Of a stretch of DNA of 64,000 nucleotides, positions 11,811 through 25,000 are shown one piece after another. The position numbers and the translations under genes are program-made. The stretch's first letter is position 1, and every line of letters begins with the position of its first letter. This DNA comes from Eledone cirrhosa (lineage: Eukaryota), in contig OZ024766.1 of NCBI GenBank assembly GCA_964016885.1, positions 16,244,001-16,308,000 of the forward strand. Reading direction: 5' to 3'. Below the pieces are notes generated by a model that saw nothing but the letters and a program-made list of their open reading frames with translations, was not told the DNA's origin and ran no database searches.

Positions 11811-12985
11811 GTCATGTTGAATGTTTTTCATGATGTTGTGGTAGGCATATTTCTGGTCATCCACCAGTCAAGGTTTATTTTGATCCACAAACTTACGCAA
11901 CACTTCAATATCATGGTTTGTCTCCTGAAAAACTGATTGTGTTACCTCAATTTCTTCTGGCTCTGGCATCCCGCATTGCTATTCATTGCTGGAATTCAAT
12001 GGGACAGTTTGCACAGAGGTTGATTGTAAATCCTGGAGGTAGATTCCACATAAATATTGCTATAACATCTTTGGTCTAGGTGTAGATAGTCGTCTGACAT
12101 ATTGTTTTTGTGCTCCTTCCAGGGTAGATGAGATTTATTCCACATGCTGTGAGTATAGTAGGAAACAACTGTCTTATTTAACTGGCTACTCCAGTGACTG
12201 CTCCTTCTAGTACCTTCTCCCAATGTCAGTTGTCATACAGGTGTCCATGGCCATCTTATTTAACTGGCTACTCCAGTGTCTGCTCCTTCTCGTCTCTTCT
12301 TCCAATGCCAGTTGTCATACAGGAGTCCATGGCTGTCTTATTTAACTGGCTACTCCAGTTACTGCTCCTTCTAGTCTCTTCTTCCAATGTCAGTTGTCAT
12401 ACAGGTGTCCATGGCTGTCTTATTTAACTGACTACTCCAGTGACTGCTCCTTCTAGTCTCTCTTTCCAATGTCAGTTGTCATACAGAAGTCCATGGCTGT
12501 CTTATTTAACTGGCTACTCCAGTGACTGCTCCTTCTAGTCTATTCTTCCAATGTCAATTGCCATGCAGGAGTTGATGTTCTTTAGATGCTTCTTGGTATG
12601 TGCTGCACTCTTCCACCAAATCACCTGAGATCCTCAAATGACGTTGGTCCTTGAACAATATGCAGAAGTGGCTGTAAATAAAAACTCTCTCTGTCGTTGG
12701 GTTGTCATTGTAAACATGCCCAATAGCATCACTTGCCTTGACTTCATCACCTTCCACTAAATGACCCTGCTTCCTTTGATTCCAAGTCTTACAATTGGTC
12801 CAGGTGTAGTATTTTGGGATGTCAGCATATAGGAGGGATCGAACAAATTCTTTATTCTGGCAGTGTTTCAAAAAAGCAGTTAGAGTAGTGTCAGGTGGTG
12901 CTGGTGTCAACTGATGAGCAGTGGTTTCAGTGAAGTACACACTCTGTCCATTTTCTATATGTATAGAGATAAGGATGAAAAGCAA
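11811..12985 (-). mobile_element. Helitron RepHel internal fragment (between the Rep and Pif1-helicase domains), decayed
   Basis: IHIENGQSVYF...TTLTAF...LLYADIPKYYTW...WNQRK...IGHVY..HP...ESFYL..LL.IV.GPTSFEDLR...TY.EA...LL.....HW...IRQLF.TIL...MSDD...DQKYAY matches the conserved Helitron linker and stops before Walker A. Copies at ~21381-22460, 29446-31760, 38539-42736, 49050-52003 and 60740-63186. Confidence 0.85.
12169..12576. repeat. 82-bp minisatellite, 5 copies
   Basis: Unit ccatggctgtcttatttaactggctactccagtgactgctccttctagtc(c/t)cttcttccaatgtcagttgtcatacagg(t/a)gt. Confidence 0.95.
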
Positions 12986-13397
12986 AGTTAATCTCTCAGA
13001 GGTTAGCTTTGCCTTTCATCCCTACGGGGTCGATAAAATAAAGTACCAGTAATACACTGGGGTAATTGCTGGCCTTGTGCCTAAAGTAGAAACAATTTTT
13101 ACGGGGTCGATAAAATAAAGTGCTAGTAATACACTGGGGTAATTTGCTGGCCTTGTGGCTGAAGTAGAAACAGTTATTATGGGGTTGATAAAATAAAGTA
13201 CCAGTAATTCACTGGTGTTATTTGTTGGCCTTGTTCCTAAAGTAGAAACAGTTATTACGGGGTTGACAAAATAAACTACCAGTAATTCACTGGAGTTATT
13301 TACTGGCCTTGTGCCCAAAGTAGAAACAGTTATTACCTGGCTGATAAAATATAGTACCAGTAATTACTGGCCTTGTGTTAAAAGTAGAAACAATTAT
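12986..13397 (+). repeat. SINE-derived 77-78-bp tandem repeat (5 copies here)
   Basis: The 3' half of the Meta-like SINE (acggggtcgataaaataaagtaccag...ctggccttgtgcctaaagtagaaacaattatt) is reiterated. About 7 copies at 22461-23024, 2 at 31762-31952, 3 at 42737-43003, 2 at 52004-52193 and 3 at 63187-63453. Confidence 0.88.
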
Positions 13398-13803
13398 CAC
13401 ATTTCTTTTTAATATATCACATCACTATAGAATTAAATACGACTGGAAATGTGTCTGAAGGTATTAAATTATGTCAGGGACTTTTAACGTTTGACACCGG
13501 TACGAGAGTTGATACATTCGCTAAGACACCGAGTACCTGCTGCCTTCATTATAACTTTAATTAATCTAATTATATCTTGTGTAACAATTATATATATATA
13601 TACACACACACAATTTTAATTCCCCGACATCAGTCTTACACTGTCATATCTATTCTTACTTTACAATTGTGTCTACTAAGAGTGCCATTACAATCTGTAG
13701 TAGTAAAACTACTATTTCACCAGAACATCTGCTATCAGTCATTTATAGACAATATATATATTTGAGACCACGTATCAACCTAATATATATATATTTCCTA
13801 TCA

Positions 13804-14017
13804 AATCTGTAGCTAAAGACATAAAGTCAGCCTCACTACTTCATTCTGACAAGATATCAATTTATGACTAAAGATGAAGAAGATACACCAACGTTAATGT
13901 CGTGAAATAAAGCTGATAACATTGAAACTTCTAATTTGATAACAAAGAGATTATTTCTTTGGTTGTTTAGTAACAACTAACAACACAATACATTGATTAT
14001 ATGTTAAGGAGGTAAGT
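13804..14017 (+). promoter_or_regulatory. Putative core promoter / non-coding exon 1 with splice donor
   Basis: A block invariant across cassettes contains an Inr-like TCATTC and ends in aaggag|GTAAGT (introns start 14012, 23636, 32571, 43615, 52802). Confidence 0.6.
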
Positions 14018-14147
14018 TGACAAAGATTTACTTAATGTCTATATTAATGTGTGTAAATAATATAATTATTTTAACCCTACAACGATCTAGTAATTAACCA
14101 GATTCCACTGTTACATGTGATATAAAATATATTGTTATCATGACTGT

Positions 14148-14600
14148 CTTTATTATTTAAATTACCTCCGTCTCTTTAATTATCTTGTTCACTACCTTAC
14201 ATTATAAAATATAGTTTATATTTAGCTGTACCTTGTTGTTGCTTTAAGTAAATTAAAGATATATTTATTATTTAAATTACCTCCGTCTATTTAATTATCT
14301 TGTTCACTACCATACATTATAAAATATAGTTTATATTTAGCTGTACCTTGTCATTGCTTTAAGTAAATTAAAGATATTTTTGTTATCTAAATTACCGCCG
14401 TCTATTTAATTATCTTGTTCACTACCTTACATTATAAAATATAGTTTATATTTATCTGTACCTTGTCATTGCTTTAAGTAAATTAAAGATATATTTATTA
14501 TTTAAATTACCTCCGTCTATTTAATTATGTGGTTCACTACCTTACATTATAAAATATAGTTTATATTTAGCTGTACCTTGTTATTGCTTTAAGTAAATTA
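14148..14600. repeat. 115-bp AT-rich intronic VNTR (4 copies)
   Basis: acctccgtc recurs at 14164, 14279, 14394 (variant accgccgtc) and 14509. There are 6 copies at 23770-24452, 4 at 32707-33152, 3 at 43750-44087 and ~7 at 52938-53706. Confidence 0.9.
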
Positions 14601-15961
14601 ATATTTTGTCTGTTTTAGTCTAAATCTCTTACAATTTAATTAACTTCATCTACTTATGGTTGAACATTATTTTATTGCGGGTTTCATTTAATTGTAATTA
14701 TGTCTGAGTTAGCCAGCCAAGTAGGGGTTTAGTATCTGTATTTCAGGGAACTGGTTTGATGGTGAAGGGACATCTGTTGGTGTGGGATCTCGGTGGCTGT
14801 ACATAATAAGGTTCTAATACTCTAAAGAGCTAGCTGAATAACCGTCTGATACATGTCTTGTATAGACGATCATAAAGCCATGTATAGAAGAGCAGTCAGC
14901 AATGTCAGGATTTACATTCATAGTGAAGTGGCAGTATCGGTAGGGAGTCGGACACCATGGTTTGAGGCACAGAGTTACGTCCCTTTATGATCTGAGTTCA
15001 AATCCAGCTGAGGTTAACTTTGCCTTACATCCATACAGGGTCGATAAAATAAAGTACCAGTAATGTACTGGGTAATTGCTGGCCTTGTGTTTAAAATAGA
15101 AACAATTATAGTGAAGAATTTGGAGTGTAGTCTGGTGTCCACCAGGGCTCTGTTCTTAGCCCTCACTTAGTTATTATCGTCCTGCAGCCTATAACAGATG
15201 TTTAAGACTGGCTGCCCAGGGGAACTCCTGTATGCACAGCAGGACCTGAAGAATGCGATCATATGCATTTTCAAGGTCTATAAAACGATAATATATACCT
15301 CTTAGCAATACTCCCACGATTTCTCAAAGACCTGCCACAGTGTGAATATTTGGTGGGTTATGTTGCACCCAGGGAGCAAACAGCACTGTCCATCAGCTAG
15401 CTTGGACTCGCTACATCACTTTGCCAGAAACTTAGCATATACTTTACCATGGAGTCTTAACAAGGTGATCCCTCTCTATTTGGAACAATCTCTTGTGTGT
15501 CCCTTTTTATCAATTGGGATTATCACTCCCGATTGCCTTTGCTTGAGTGCCATTTCAGAGACCCAGGCCATCTGACACACATGAGTCGGTCATATTTGAG
15601 CTCTTTAATTGCTCTTGTGACCTCAGCCTCCGAGAGATTAGTCACCGCTATCAGATTCACCTCATGTACATCTGAAGATGGTGTTGTGATCGGGTTTGGG
15701 AGATCAGCAAAGTATTCTCTCCACCTCATGAGGATCCATCTCTCTGAAGAGAAAAGAACCCCAGATACACTCATGGTTGCAGGTGTGGAGAAAGATTTCT
15801 TGTAACTAATTAAAAACTAAAATAATTTGATTTTTCAATAAAAATTTCCAGGGTTTATAGATGTAAAATTTCCACTGTTAAATCTATCTCTGCTTCTTAA
15901 GTATTCTCTATTATTTCATACTGTTTCTTTTTCATTTCAGAATATCAGATGACATTGGGAT

Positions 15962-16194
15962 AAATTATTATTTTCAATCTTGGATACATCACCTCTATTT
16001 ATCATCATTTGAAGATTAAAACTTTTTAAACAGAACTTATATAACACTGTTTATATAAATCTATCAGAATTACTGTGAAAATTATTATTTTCAATCTTGG
16101 ATACATCACCTCTATTTATCATCATTTGAAGATTAAAACTTTTTAAACGGAGCTTATATAACACTGTTTATATAAATCTATCAGAATTACTGTG
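15962..16194 (+). repeat. 117-bp tandem duplication in the 5'UTR (genes 2, 3 and 4 only)
   Basis: aaattattattttcaatcttggatacatcacc...cagaattactgtg occurs twice here, near 25813-26046 and near 34517-34750, but once in genes 1, 5 and 6. Confidence 0.9.
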
Positions 16195-16437
16195 ATATAT
16201 TTCCTCAGAACTGAGTTTAAAGACAAAATTTCTTTTCTTCACTGTGTGGTGTATATATGAGAGATATATTTTGTATTTTAACTCAGCTTCAATGACAAAG
16301 AAGTTTGCATCATCTTCAGGTATTAACTGAGATCATAATTGAGGGAAATATAACAGAAATAATATTTTTTAGGAATATAATATAAAAAATATTAAAGAAT
16401 AACATCTGTAAATTCTGCCAAGGGAAGAAGAATTATT

Positions 16438-18303
16438 ATGGAAAATAAATTGAGTGAAAAGAATATTAAATGTGAAACAATGACTAAAGATATGGCTATT
16501 ACAGAAGAGATGTCAAAGGATAGAGGAGAGAAGCCATATCACTGTGATGTCTGTGGTAAATCATTCTCTGTTAGTAGTAAATTAACTAGTCACAAACGTA
16601 TACATACAGTAGAGAAGCCATATCACTGTGATATCTGTGGTAAATCATTCTTTGTTAATGGTAATTTAACAAGCCACAAACGTACACATACAGGAGAGAA
16701 GCCATACCACTGTGATATCTGTGGTAAATCATTCTCTGAAAGTGGTAACTTAACTAGACACAAACGTATACATACAGTAGAGAAGCCATATCACTGTGAT
16801 ATCTGTGGTAAATCATTCTTTGTTAATGGTAATTTAACAAGCCACAAACGTACACATACAGGAGAGAAGCCATATCACTGTGATATCTGTGGTAAATCAT
16901 TCTTTGTTAATGGTAATTTAACTAGCCACATGCGTATACATACAGGTGAGAAGCCATATCACTGTGATATCTGTGGTAAATCATTCTTTGTTAATAGTAA
17001 ATTAACTAGACACAAACGTACACATACAGGAGAGAAGCCATATCACTGTGATATCTGTGGTAAATCATTCTCTGGAAGTAGTAATTTAACTAGCCACGTG
17101 CGTATACATATAGGTGACAAACCATATCACTGTGATATCTGTGGTAAATCATTCTCTCTAAGTAGTATATTAACTTGTCACATCCGTCCCCATACAGGTG
17201 ATAAGCCATATCACTGTGATGTCTGTGGTAAATCATTCTCTCGAAGTGGTACCTTAACTAGCCACAAACGTACCCATACAGGAGACAAACCATATCACTG
17301 TGATATCTGTGGTAAATCATTCTCTCGAAGTAGTCATTTAACTACACACAAACATATACATACAGGAGAGAAGCCATATCACTGTGATATCTGTGGTAAA
17401 TCATTCTCTTTTAGTAGTAATTTAACTTCTCACATACGTACTCATACAGGAGACAAGCCTTATCACTGTGATATCTGTGGTAAATCATTCTCTGAAAGTG
17501 GTAACTTAACTAGTCACAAAAGTATACATACAGGAGAGAAGCCATATAACTGTGATATCTGTGGTAAATCATTCTCTAAAAGTAGTATATTAACTAACCA
17601 CATGCTTATACATATAGGTGAGAAACCATATCGCTGTGATATCTGTGGTCAATCATTCTCTCTAAGTAGTATATTAACTTGTCACATCCGTACCCATACA
17701 GGTGACAAGCCATATCACTGTGATATCTGTGGTAAATCATTCTCTGAAAGTGGTAACTTAACTAGACACAGACGTATACATACAGGAGAGAGGCCATATC
17801 ACTGTGATATCTGTGGTAAATCATTCTCTTTTAGTAGTAACATAAATTCTCACATACGTACTCATACAGGAGAGAAGCCTTATCACTGTGATATCTGTGG
17901 TAAATCATTCTTTAATAATTTTAGTTTAACTAGACACGAACGTACCCATTCAGGAGAGAAGCCATATCACTGTGATATCTGTGGTAAATCATTCTTTGTT
18001 AATAGTAATTTAACTAGACACAAAAGTATACATACAGGAGAGAAGCCATATCACTGTCATATCCGTGGTAAATCATTCTCTCGAAGAAGTTACTTAACTG
18101 AGCACTTACGTACCCATACAGGTGAGAAGCGATATCGCTGTGATATCTGTGGTAAATCGTTCTCTCAAAGTAGTCCCTTAACTCAACACTTACGTATCCA
18201 TACAGGTGAGAAGCCACATCACTGTGATATCTGTGGTGAATCATTCTCTCAATTAAGTAGTTTAACTAAACACAAATATACCCATACAGGTAAGAAACCA
18301 TAA
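16438..18303 (+). CDS. C2H2 zinc-finger protein, 21 fingers (finger 19 lacks its second Cys)
   Basis: 621-aa ORF of tandem 28-aa C2H2 repeats with TGEKP linkers. Confidence 0.95.
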   Translation: MENKLSEKNIKCETMTKDMAITEEMSKDRGEKPYHCDVCGKSFSVSSKLTSHKRIHTVEKPYHCDICGKSFFVNGNLTSHKRTHTGEKPYHCDICGKSFSESGNLTRHKRIHTVEKPYHCDICGKSFFVNGNLTSHKRTHTGEKPYHCDICGKSFFVNGNLTSHMRIHTGEKPYHCDICGKSFFVNSKLTRHKRTHTGEKPYHCDICGKSFSGSSNLTSHVRIHIGDKPYHCDICGKSFSLSSILTCHIRPHTGDKPYHCDVCGKSFSRSGTLTSHKRTHTGDKPYHCDICGKSFSRSSHLTTHKHIHTGEKPYHCDICGKSFSFSSNLTSHIRTHTGDKPYHCDICGKSFSESGNLTSHKSIHTGEKPYNCDICGKSFSKSSILTNHMLIHIGEKPYRCDICGQSFSLSSILTCHIRTHTGDKPYHCDICGKSFSESGNLTRHRRIHTGERPYHCDICGKSFSFSSNINSHIRTHTGEKPYHCDICGKSFFNNFSLTRHERTHSGEKPYHCDICGKSFFVNSNLTRHKSIHTGEKPYHCHIRGKSFSRRSYLTEHLRTHTGEKRYRCDICGKSFSQSSPLTQHLRIHTGEKPHHCDICGESFSQLSSLTKHKYTHTGKKP

Positions 18304-18438
18304 CAAAGTCATATCTCATTGTCTCAAAATTGTAAATTAATTAGACACAAATACATTCATATGAGTGAAGTCATACCACTGTGATATTGCGGAGAAATTG
18401 TTCTCTTGTATTGCTACATTAACTACATACAAACATAA

Positions 18439-18573
<135 letters not shown>

Positions 18574-19104
18574 TGAAATAAGTCACTTCACTCGGCACTA
18601 ACATTTAAAGAAAAGGAACCATATCGTTGTGATATCTGCAGTAAATCATTCTCTAAATGTTGTGGCTTCCCTACACACTAACATATACAGGAGAGGAACC
18701 ATATCACTGTGATATCTGCAGTAAATCCTTCTCTAAATGTGGCTTCACTAGACACTAACATATGCAGGAGAGGAACCATATCACTGTGATGTCTGTGATA
18801 AATCCTTCTCTAAATGTTGTGACTTTACTAGACACTAACATATACAGGAGAGGAACCATATCACTGTGTTGTCTGTGGTAAATCATTTTCTAAATGTTGT
18901 GTTACCAACATAAGGTTACTTAATGGAACACAAACACGATCAGACAAGATAAAAACCATGTCACTCACCGAAAATAGTGCCACCAATGTTGTTAATGTTT
19001 TGAATAAAACTTGTTTGTTCTGAAATTATTCTCCTTTCATTTTATTTGTAGAAGTTGTAACCAAGACTTATGCTGACAAATCTGTATGGTACAGAATTTA
19101 CAAA

Positions 19105-19143
<39 letters not shown>

Positions 19144-19789
19144 CCAAAACATCTATGATCTCGGTTTACAGCTGATGAAGGGTTTCTTCTCTCCTTTCAT
19201 CCATATTACCATCTTAAACTTTGTTTACAGTAACCACACAACTCCTTTCGTTTCTTATGATTTTATATATATATATAACAAAGGAGGTGTGGTAAAGAAC
19301 CAGATGGACCATATACGCACCAGAGTACTCAATACTTAGGGTAGTAGAGCGGGTAATAGGAAAATGTTTAAACCCGACGGCAGAGCTCAATCCGTTTCGA
19401 CGGCTATTTCTGGAAACAGTCCAGAAATAACCGTCGAAATGACTTTAGCTCTGCTGTCGGGGTTAAACATTTTCCTATATATATATATATATATATATGT
19501 ATGAGTGTATATGTCAGTGTGTAGAAAATTCTGTCCATGAAAATGATTATCTTTATTTGTATATATGTATGTGTATGTTTATATGTGTTCTTATATACAT
19601 GTGTGCACATCTTGATATATTTTCAGTGTCTGTTCTAGTTCTCAGAGTACAAATCCCACTGAGGTAAAGTTGCTTTGATATTTTGAGGCCAATAAATGAA
19701 ATACCAGTGAAATACTGGGGTGGTTAATTCCTCTTCTTTGTCATTGTCTGTTGTCTACTCTTGTCTTTCTCTGTATTTATATATATATA

Positions 19790-19985
19790 CACAAAATTAA
19801 AATAAATTAAAATAAAATTAATCTAAATCAAATTATGGGTGTCATGCCAGAAAGACATGTGACATATCACCCGTAAAATAAGCTCCATGGAGCTTATTTT
19901 ACGGGTGATATGGCGCATGTCTTTCTGGCATGACACCCATAATTTGATATAGATTAATTTTATTTTAATTTATCTTAATTTTGGA
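19790..19985. repeat. Palindrome B: ~195-bp spacerless inverted repeat in (TA)n (foldback/MITE-like)
   Basis: Centred on gctcca|tggagc at 19887/19888. Intact also at 37515-37701, 48399-48592 and 58849-59043. The left arm is deleted near 6358 and 29185. Confidence 0.92.
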
Positions 19986-21738
19986 TATATATATATAAAT
20001 ACGGCCCCTTAATTGTAGAGATAACTCTGTTGAAAGGACGTGACTGCTGTTTCTAGTTGTCAATAACCCTATTCACGCAACTGGGACGAAGCTGGTATGA
20101 TGTGTGTATTTTTAGTAGATACAGCACGTGTTACTGGTCAGTCGCTGATTTGAACTTGATGCGTAAACACAGATGGTTGGACTTCTTCCTTGTTGAGAAT
20201 CCAAGATCTGGCTACTGTCGTTTACCAATCGATTAATTGGTGAAATATATTTCTTTAATGGAATATATACAAGGAAGATTAATCATTTTCTAAGGTATCT
20301 ATTTTTGAAGTTCTAGTTAAATTTATTTAGTTACCTACCTAGCTATGTCTGCTTACACACTTTTACAAATTATCCCCTGTGATTGTTTCATATGTTTATT
20401 TATATGTCAATCAATTTCTAGTTGATATATATATATATATATACGTGGAAAAGTAAAATATAGCAGAACAGACCGTTAAAAGATGTTTATTTAAAATAGC
20501 ACCTATGTAATTTTCACCTGGATGGGCTTCTCAAGGGTATAAATAACTAAAAAGTGTTCTTTACATGGCCCAGAATGTGTTTTTAGAGATTAGTTCACGT
20601 CAGAGTTCATTCTTTGCAAAAAAGCGTGTTTTGATGTTGCAGTAGGTCAAGGGAGGTAACTCTAGCTGGTGTTAGGGCAGTCTTTCCCAGAAAATGTTTT
20701 TCTCTGTTAAAAGACATGGTTACAACCCTACCATTGTCGATACGCACAGGGTCAGGTATGCAACGTTTGTTTGCTGCACCTGCCCGCCTGGGTCATATGA
20801 AGCCATGTCTGGGATGCATGGTTAGTTTCCGGATTTTTTTTGCAGCGCCTGCTATATATATATATATATGAGCGAGACACAGTCACCCGACCTAACTTGC
20901 TTCTAAATACGACAAACCCGTCCAACCCATGCTAGCATGGAAGATAGACATTAATCGATGATGATGATATCTAGGGATTGTAACATTACCACAACAGAAG
21001 TCTGACAAGCTTTTAATTCCAGAGTCAGGCTAGATCAATACAGATCAAACCTTGAGCTGATCGATAGCAAAACGTGCTTTACTGCTCAATAAATGTAATG
21101 AAGACATGACAAATTGTCCTCTCGCTCTCTCTCTATATATAGAGAGAAAAGGTGAAGTTTGAAATAGCACGGAAAATATATTTTAGGGCCTGTTTTTCTG
21201 TTATATATCTTTTGATTCGTTAAAGTGACCCTATTGAAAAAATCATCATTCATCATCATTTCATTTCACGTCCGCTTTTTCCCTGCTTGCAAGGGTGGGA
21301 CGGGAACTGATTCTGGCTTGATTTCTAAAGATGGATGCCCTTCCTAATGCCAACCTCATTTACAGTGAGTGCTGGGTGCTGCCATGTTGAATGTTTTTCA
21401 TGATGTTGTGGTAGGCATATTTCTGGTCATCCACCAGTCAAGGTTTATTTTCATCCACAAACTTACGCAACACTTCAATATCATGGTTTGTCTCCTGAAA
21501 AACTGATTGTATTACCTCAATTTCTTCTGGCTCTGGCATCCTGCAGTGCTATTCATTGCTGGAATTCAATGGGACACGTTGCACAGAGGTTGATTGTAAA
21601 TCCTGGAGGTAGATTCCACATAAATATTGCTATAACATCTTTGGGCTAGGTGTAGATAGTCGTCTGACATATTGTTTTTGTACTCCTGCTAGGGTAGATG
21701 AGATTTATTCCAGATGCTGTGAGTATCGTAGCAAACAA

Positions 21739-22050
21739 CTGTCTTATTTAACTGACTGCTCCTTCTAGTCCCTTCTTCCAATGTCAGTTGTCATACAGGT
21801 GTCCATGGCTGTCTTATTTAACTGGCTACTCCAGTGACTGCTCCTTCTAGTCCCTTCTTCCAATGTCAGTTGTCATACAGGTGTCCATGGCTGTCTTATT
21901 TAATTGGCCACTCCAGTGACTGCTCCTTCTAGTCTCTTCTTCCAATGTCAGTTGTCATACAGGAGTCCATGGCTGTCTTATTTAACTGGCTACTCCAGTG
22001 ACTGCCCCTTCTTGTCTCTTCTTCCAATGTCGATTGCCATGCAGGAGTTG
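21739..22050. repeat. 82-bp minisatellite, 4 copies (one 70-bp variant)
   Basis: Same unit as 12169-12576. Confidence 0.93.
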
Positions 22051-25000
22051 ATGTTCTTTAGATGCTTCTTGGTATGTGCTGCTCTTCCACCAAATCACCT
22101 GAGATCCTCAAATGACGTTGGTCCTTGAACAATAAGCAGATGTGACTGTAAATAAAAACTCTCTCTGTTGTTGGGGTGGTCATTGTAAACATGCCCAATA
22201 GCATCACTTGCCTTGACTTCATCACCTTCCACTAAATGACCCTGCTTCCTTTGATTCCAAGTCTTACAATTGGTCCATGTGTAGTATTTTGGGATGTCAG
22301 CATATAGGAGGGATCGAACAAATTCTTTATTCTGGCAGTGTTTCAAAAAAGCAGTTAGAGTAGTGTCAGGTGGTGCTGGTGTCAACCGATGAGCAGTGGT
22401 TTCAGTGAAGTACACACTCTGTCCATTTTCTATATGTATAGAGATAAGGATGAAAAGCAAAGTTAATCCCTCAGAGGTTAGCTTTGCCTTTCATCCCTAC
22501 GGGGCGGATAAAATAAAGTACCAGTAATGTACTGGGGTATTTCCTAGCCTTGTGCCTAAATTAGAAACAATTATTACGGGATCGATAAAATAAAGTACCA
22601 GTCATACACTGGGGTAATTGCTGGCCTTGTGCCTAAAGTAGAAACAATTATTACGGGATCGATAAAATAAAGTACCAGTAGTACACTGGGGTAATTGCTG
22701 GCCTTGTGGCTGAAGTAGAAACAGTTATTACGGGGTTGATAAAATAAAGTACCAGTAATTCACTGGTGCTATTTGCTGGCCTTGTGCCTAAAGTAGAAAC
22801 AGTTATTACGGGGTTGACAAAATAAACTACCAGTAATACACTGGGGTATTGCCGGCCTTGTGGCTAAAGTAGAAACAATTATTACGGGGTTGATAAAATA
22901 AAGTACCAGTAATTCACTGGAGATATTTGCTGGCCTTGTGCCTAAAGTAGAAACAGTTATTACCTGGCTGATAAAATATAGTACCAGTAATTACTGGCCT
23001 TGTGTTAAAAGTAGAAACAATTATCACATTTCTTTTTAATAAATCACATCACTATAGAATTAAATACGACTGGAAATGTGTGTGAAGGTATTAAATTATG
23101 TCACGGACTTTTAACGTTTGACACCGTACGAGAGTTGAAATATACGCAACGAGACCGAGTACCTGCTGCCTTCATTATAACTTTAATTAATCTGATTATA
23201 TCTTGTGTAACAATTATATATATATACACACACACAAGTTTAATAACCCGACATCTGTCTTACACTGTCATATCTATTCTTACTTTACAATTGTGTCTAC
23301 TAAGAGTTCCATTACAATCTGTAGTAGTAAAACGACTATTTCACCAGAACATCTGCTATCAGTCATTTATAGACAATATATATATTTGAGACCACGTATC
23401 AACCTAATATATATATATTTCCTATCAAATCTGTAGCTAAAGACATAAAGTCAGCCTCACTACTTCATTCTGACAAGATATCAATTTATGACTAAAGATG
23501 AAGAAGATACACCAACGTTAATGTCGTGAAATAAAGCTGATAACATTGAAACTTCTAATTTGATAACAAAGAGATTATTTCTTTGGTTGTTTAGTAACAA
23601 CTAACAACACAATACATTGATTATATGTTAAGGAGGTAAGTTGACAAAGATTTACTTAATGTCTATATTAATGTGTGTAAATAATATAATTATTTTAACC
23701 CTACAACGATCTAGTAATTAACCAGATTCCACTGTTACATGTGATATAAAATATATTGTTATCATGACTCTTTATTATTTAAATTACCTCCGTCTATTTA
23801 ATTATCTTGTTCACTACCTTACATTATAAAATATAGTTTATATTTAGCGGTACCTTGTTGTTGCTTTAAGTAAATTAAAGATATATTTATTATTTAAATT
23901 ACCTCCGTCTATTTAATTATCTTGTTCACTACCTTACATTATAAAATATAGTTTATATTTAGCGGTACCTTGTTGTTGCTTTAAGTAAATTAAAGATATA
24001 TTTATTATTTAAATTACCTCCGTCTATTTAATTATCTTGTTCACTACCTTACATTATAAAATATAGTTTATATTTAGCTGTACCTTGTCATTGCTTTAAG
24101 TAAATTAAAGATATTTTTGTTATCTAAATTACCGCCGTCTATTTAATTATCTTGTTCACTACCTTACATTATAAAATATAGTTTATATTTAGCTGTACCT
24201 TGTTGTTGCTTTAAGTAAATTAAAGATATATTTATTATTTAAATTACCTCCGTCTATTTAATTATCTTGTTCACTGCCTTACATTATAAAATATAGTTTA
24301 TATTTAGCTGTACCTTGTTGTTGCTTTAAGTAAATTAAAGATATATTTATTATTTAAATTACCTCCGTCTATTTAATTATGTGGTTCACTACCTTACGTT
24401 ATAAAATATAGTTTATATTTAGCTGTACCTTGTTATTACTTTAAGTAAATTAATATTTTGTCTATTTTAGTCTAAACCTCTTACAATTTAATTAACTTCA
24501 TCTACTTATGGTTGAACATTATTTTATTGCGGGTTTCATTTAATTGTAATTATGTCTGAGTTAGCCAGCCAAGTAGGGGTTTAGTATCTGTATTTCAGGG
24601 AACTGGTTTGATGGTGAAGGGACATCTGTTGGTGTGGGATCTCGGTGGCTGTACATAATAAGGTTCTAATACTCTAAAGAGCTAGCTGAATAACCGTCTG
24701 ATACATGTCTTGTATAGACGATCATAAAGCCATGTATAGAAGAGCAGTCAGCAATGTCAGGATTTACATTCATAGTGAAGTGGCAGTATCGGTAGGGAGT
24801 CGGACACCATGGTTTGAGGCACAGAGTTACGTCCCTTTATGATCTGAGTTCAAATCCGTCTGAGGTTAACTTTGCCTTACATCCATACGGGGTCGATAAA
24901 ATAAAGTACCAGTAATGTACTGGCTAATTGCTGGCCTTGTGTTTAAAATAGAAACAATTATAGTGAAGAATTTGGAGTGTAGTCTGGTGTCCACCAGGGC

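Noticed and set aside
19160-19235. cagCTGATGAaggg as a second hammerhead core
   Set aside because: No GAAA and stem III at a suitable distance, and cassette 1 has ctgataa.
22095-22460. Recurrent 121-aa minus-strand ORF as a domesticated Helitron gene
   Set aside because: It has a non-ATG start at a SINE junction, is frameshifted in cassettes 1 and 3, and conserved residues are decayed. Recurrence is explained by recent duplication.
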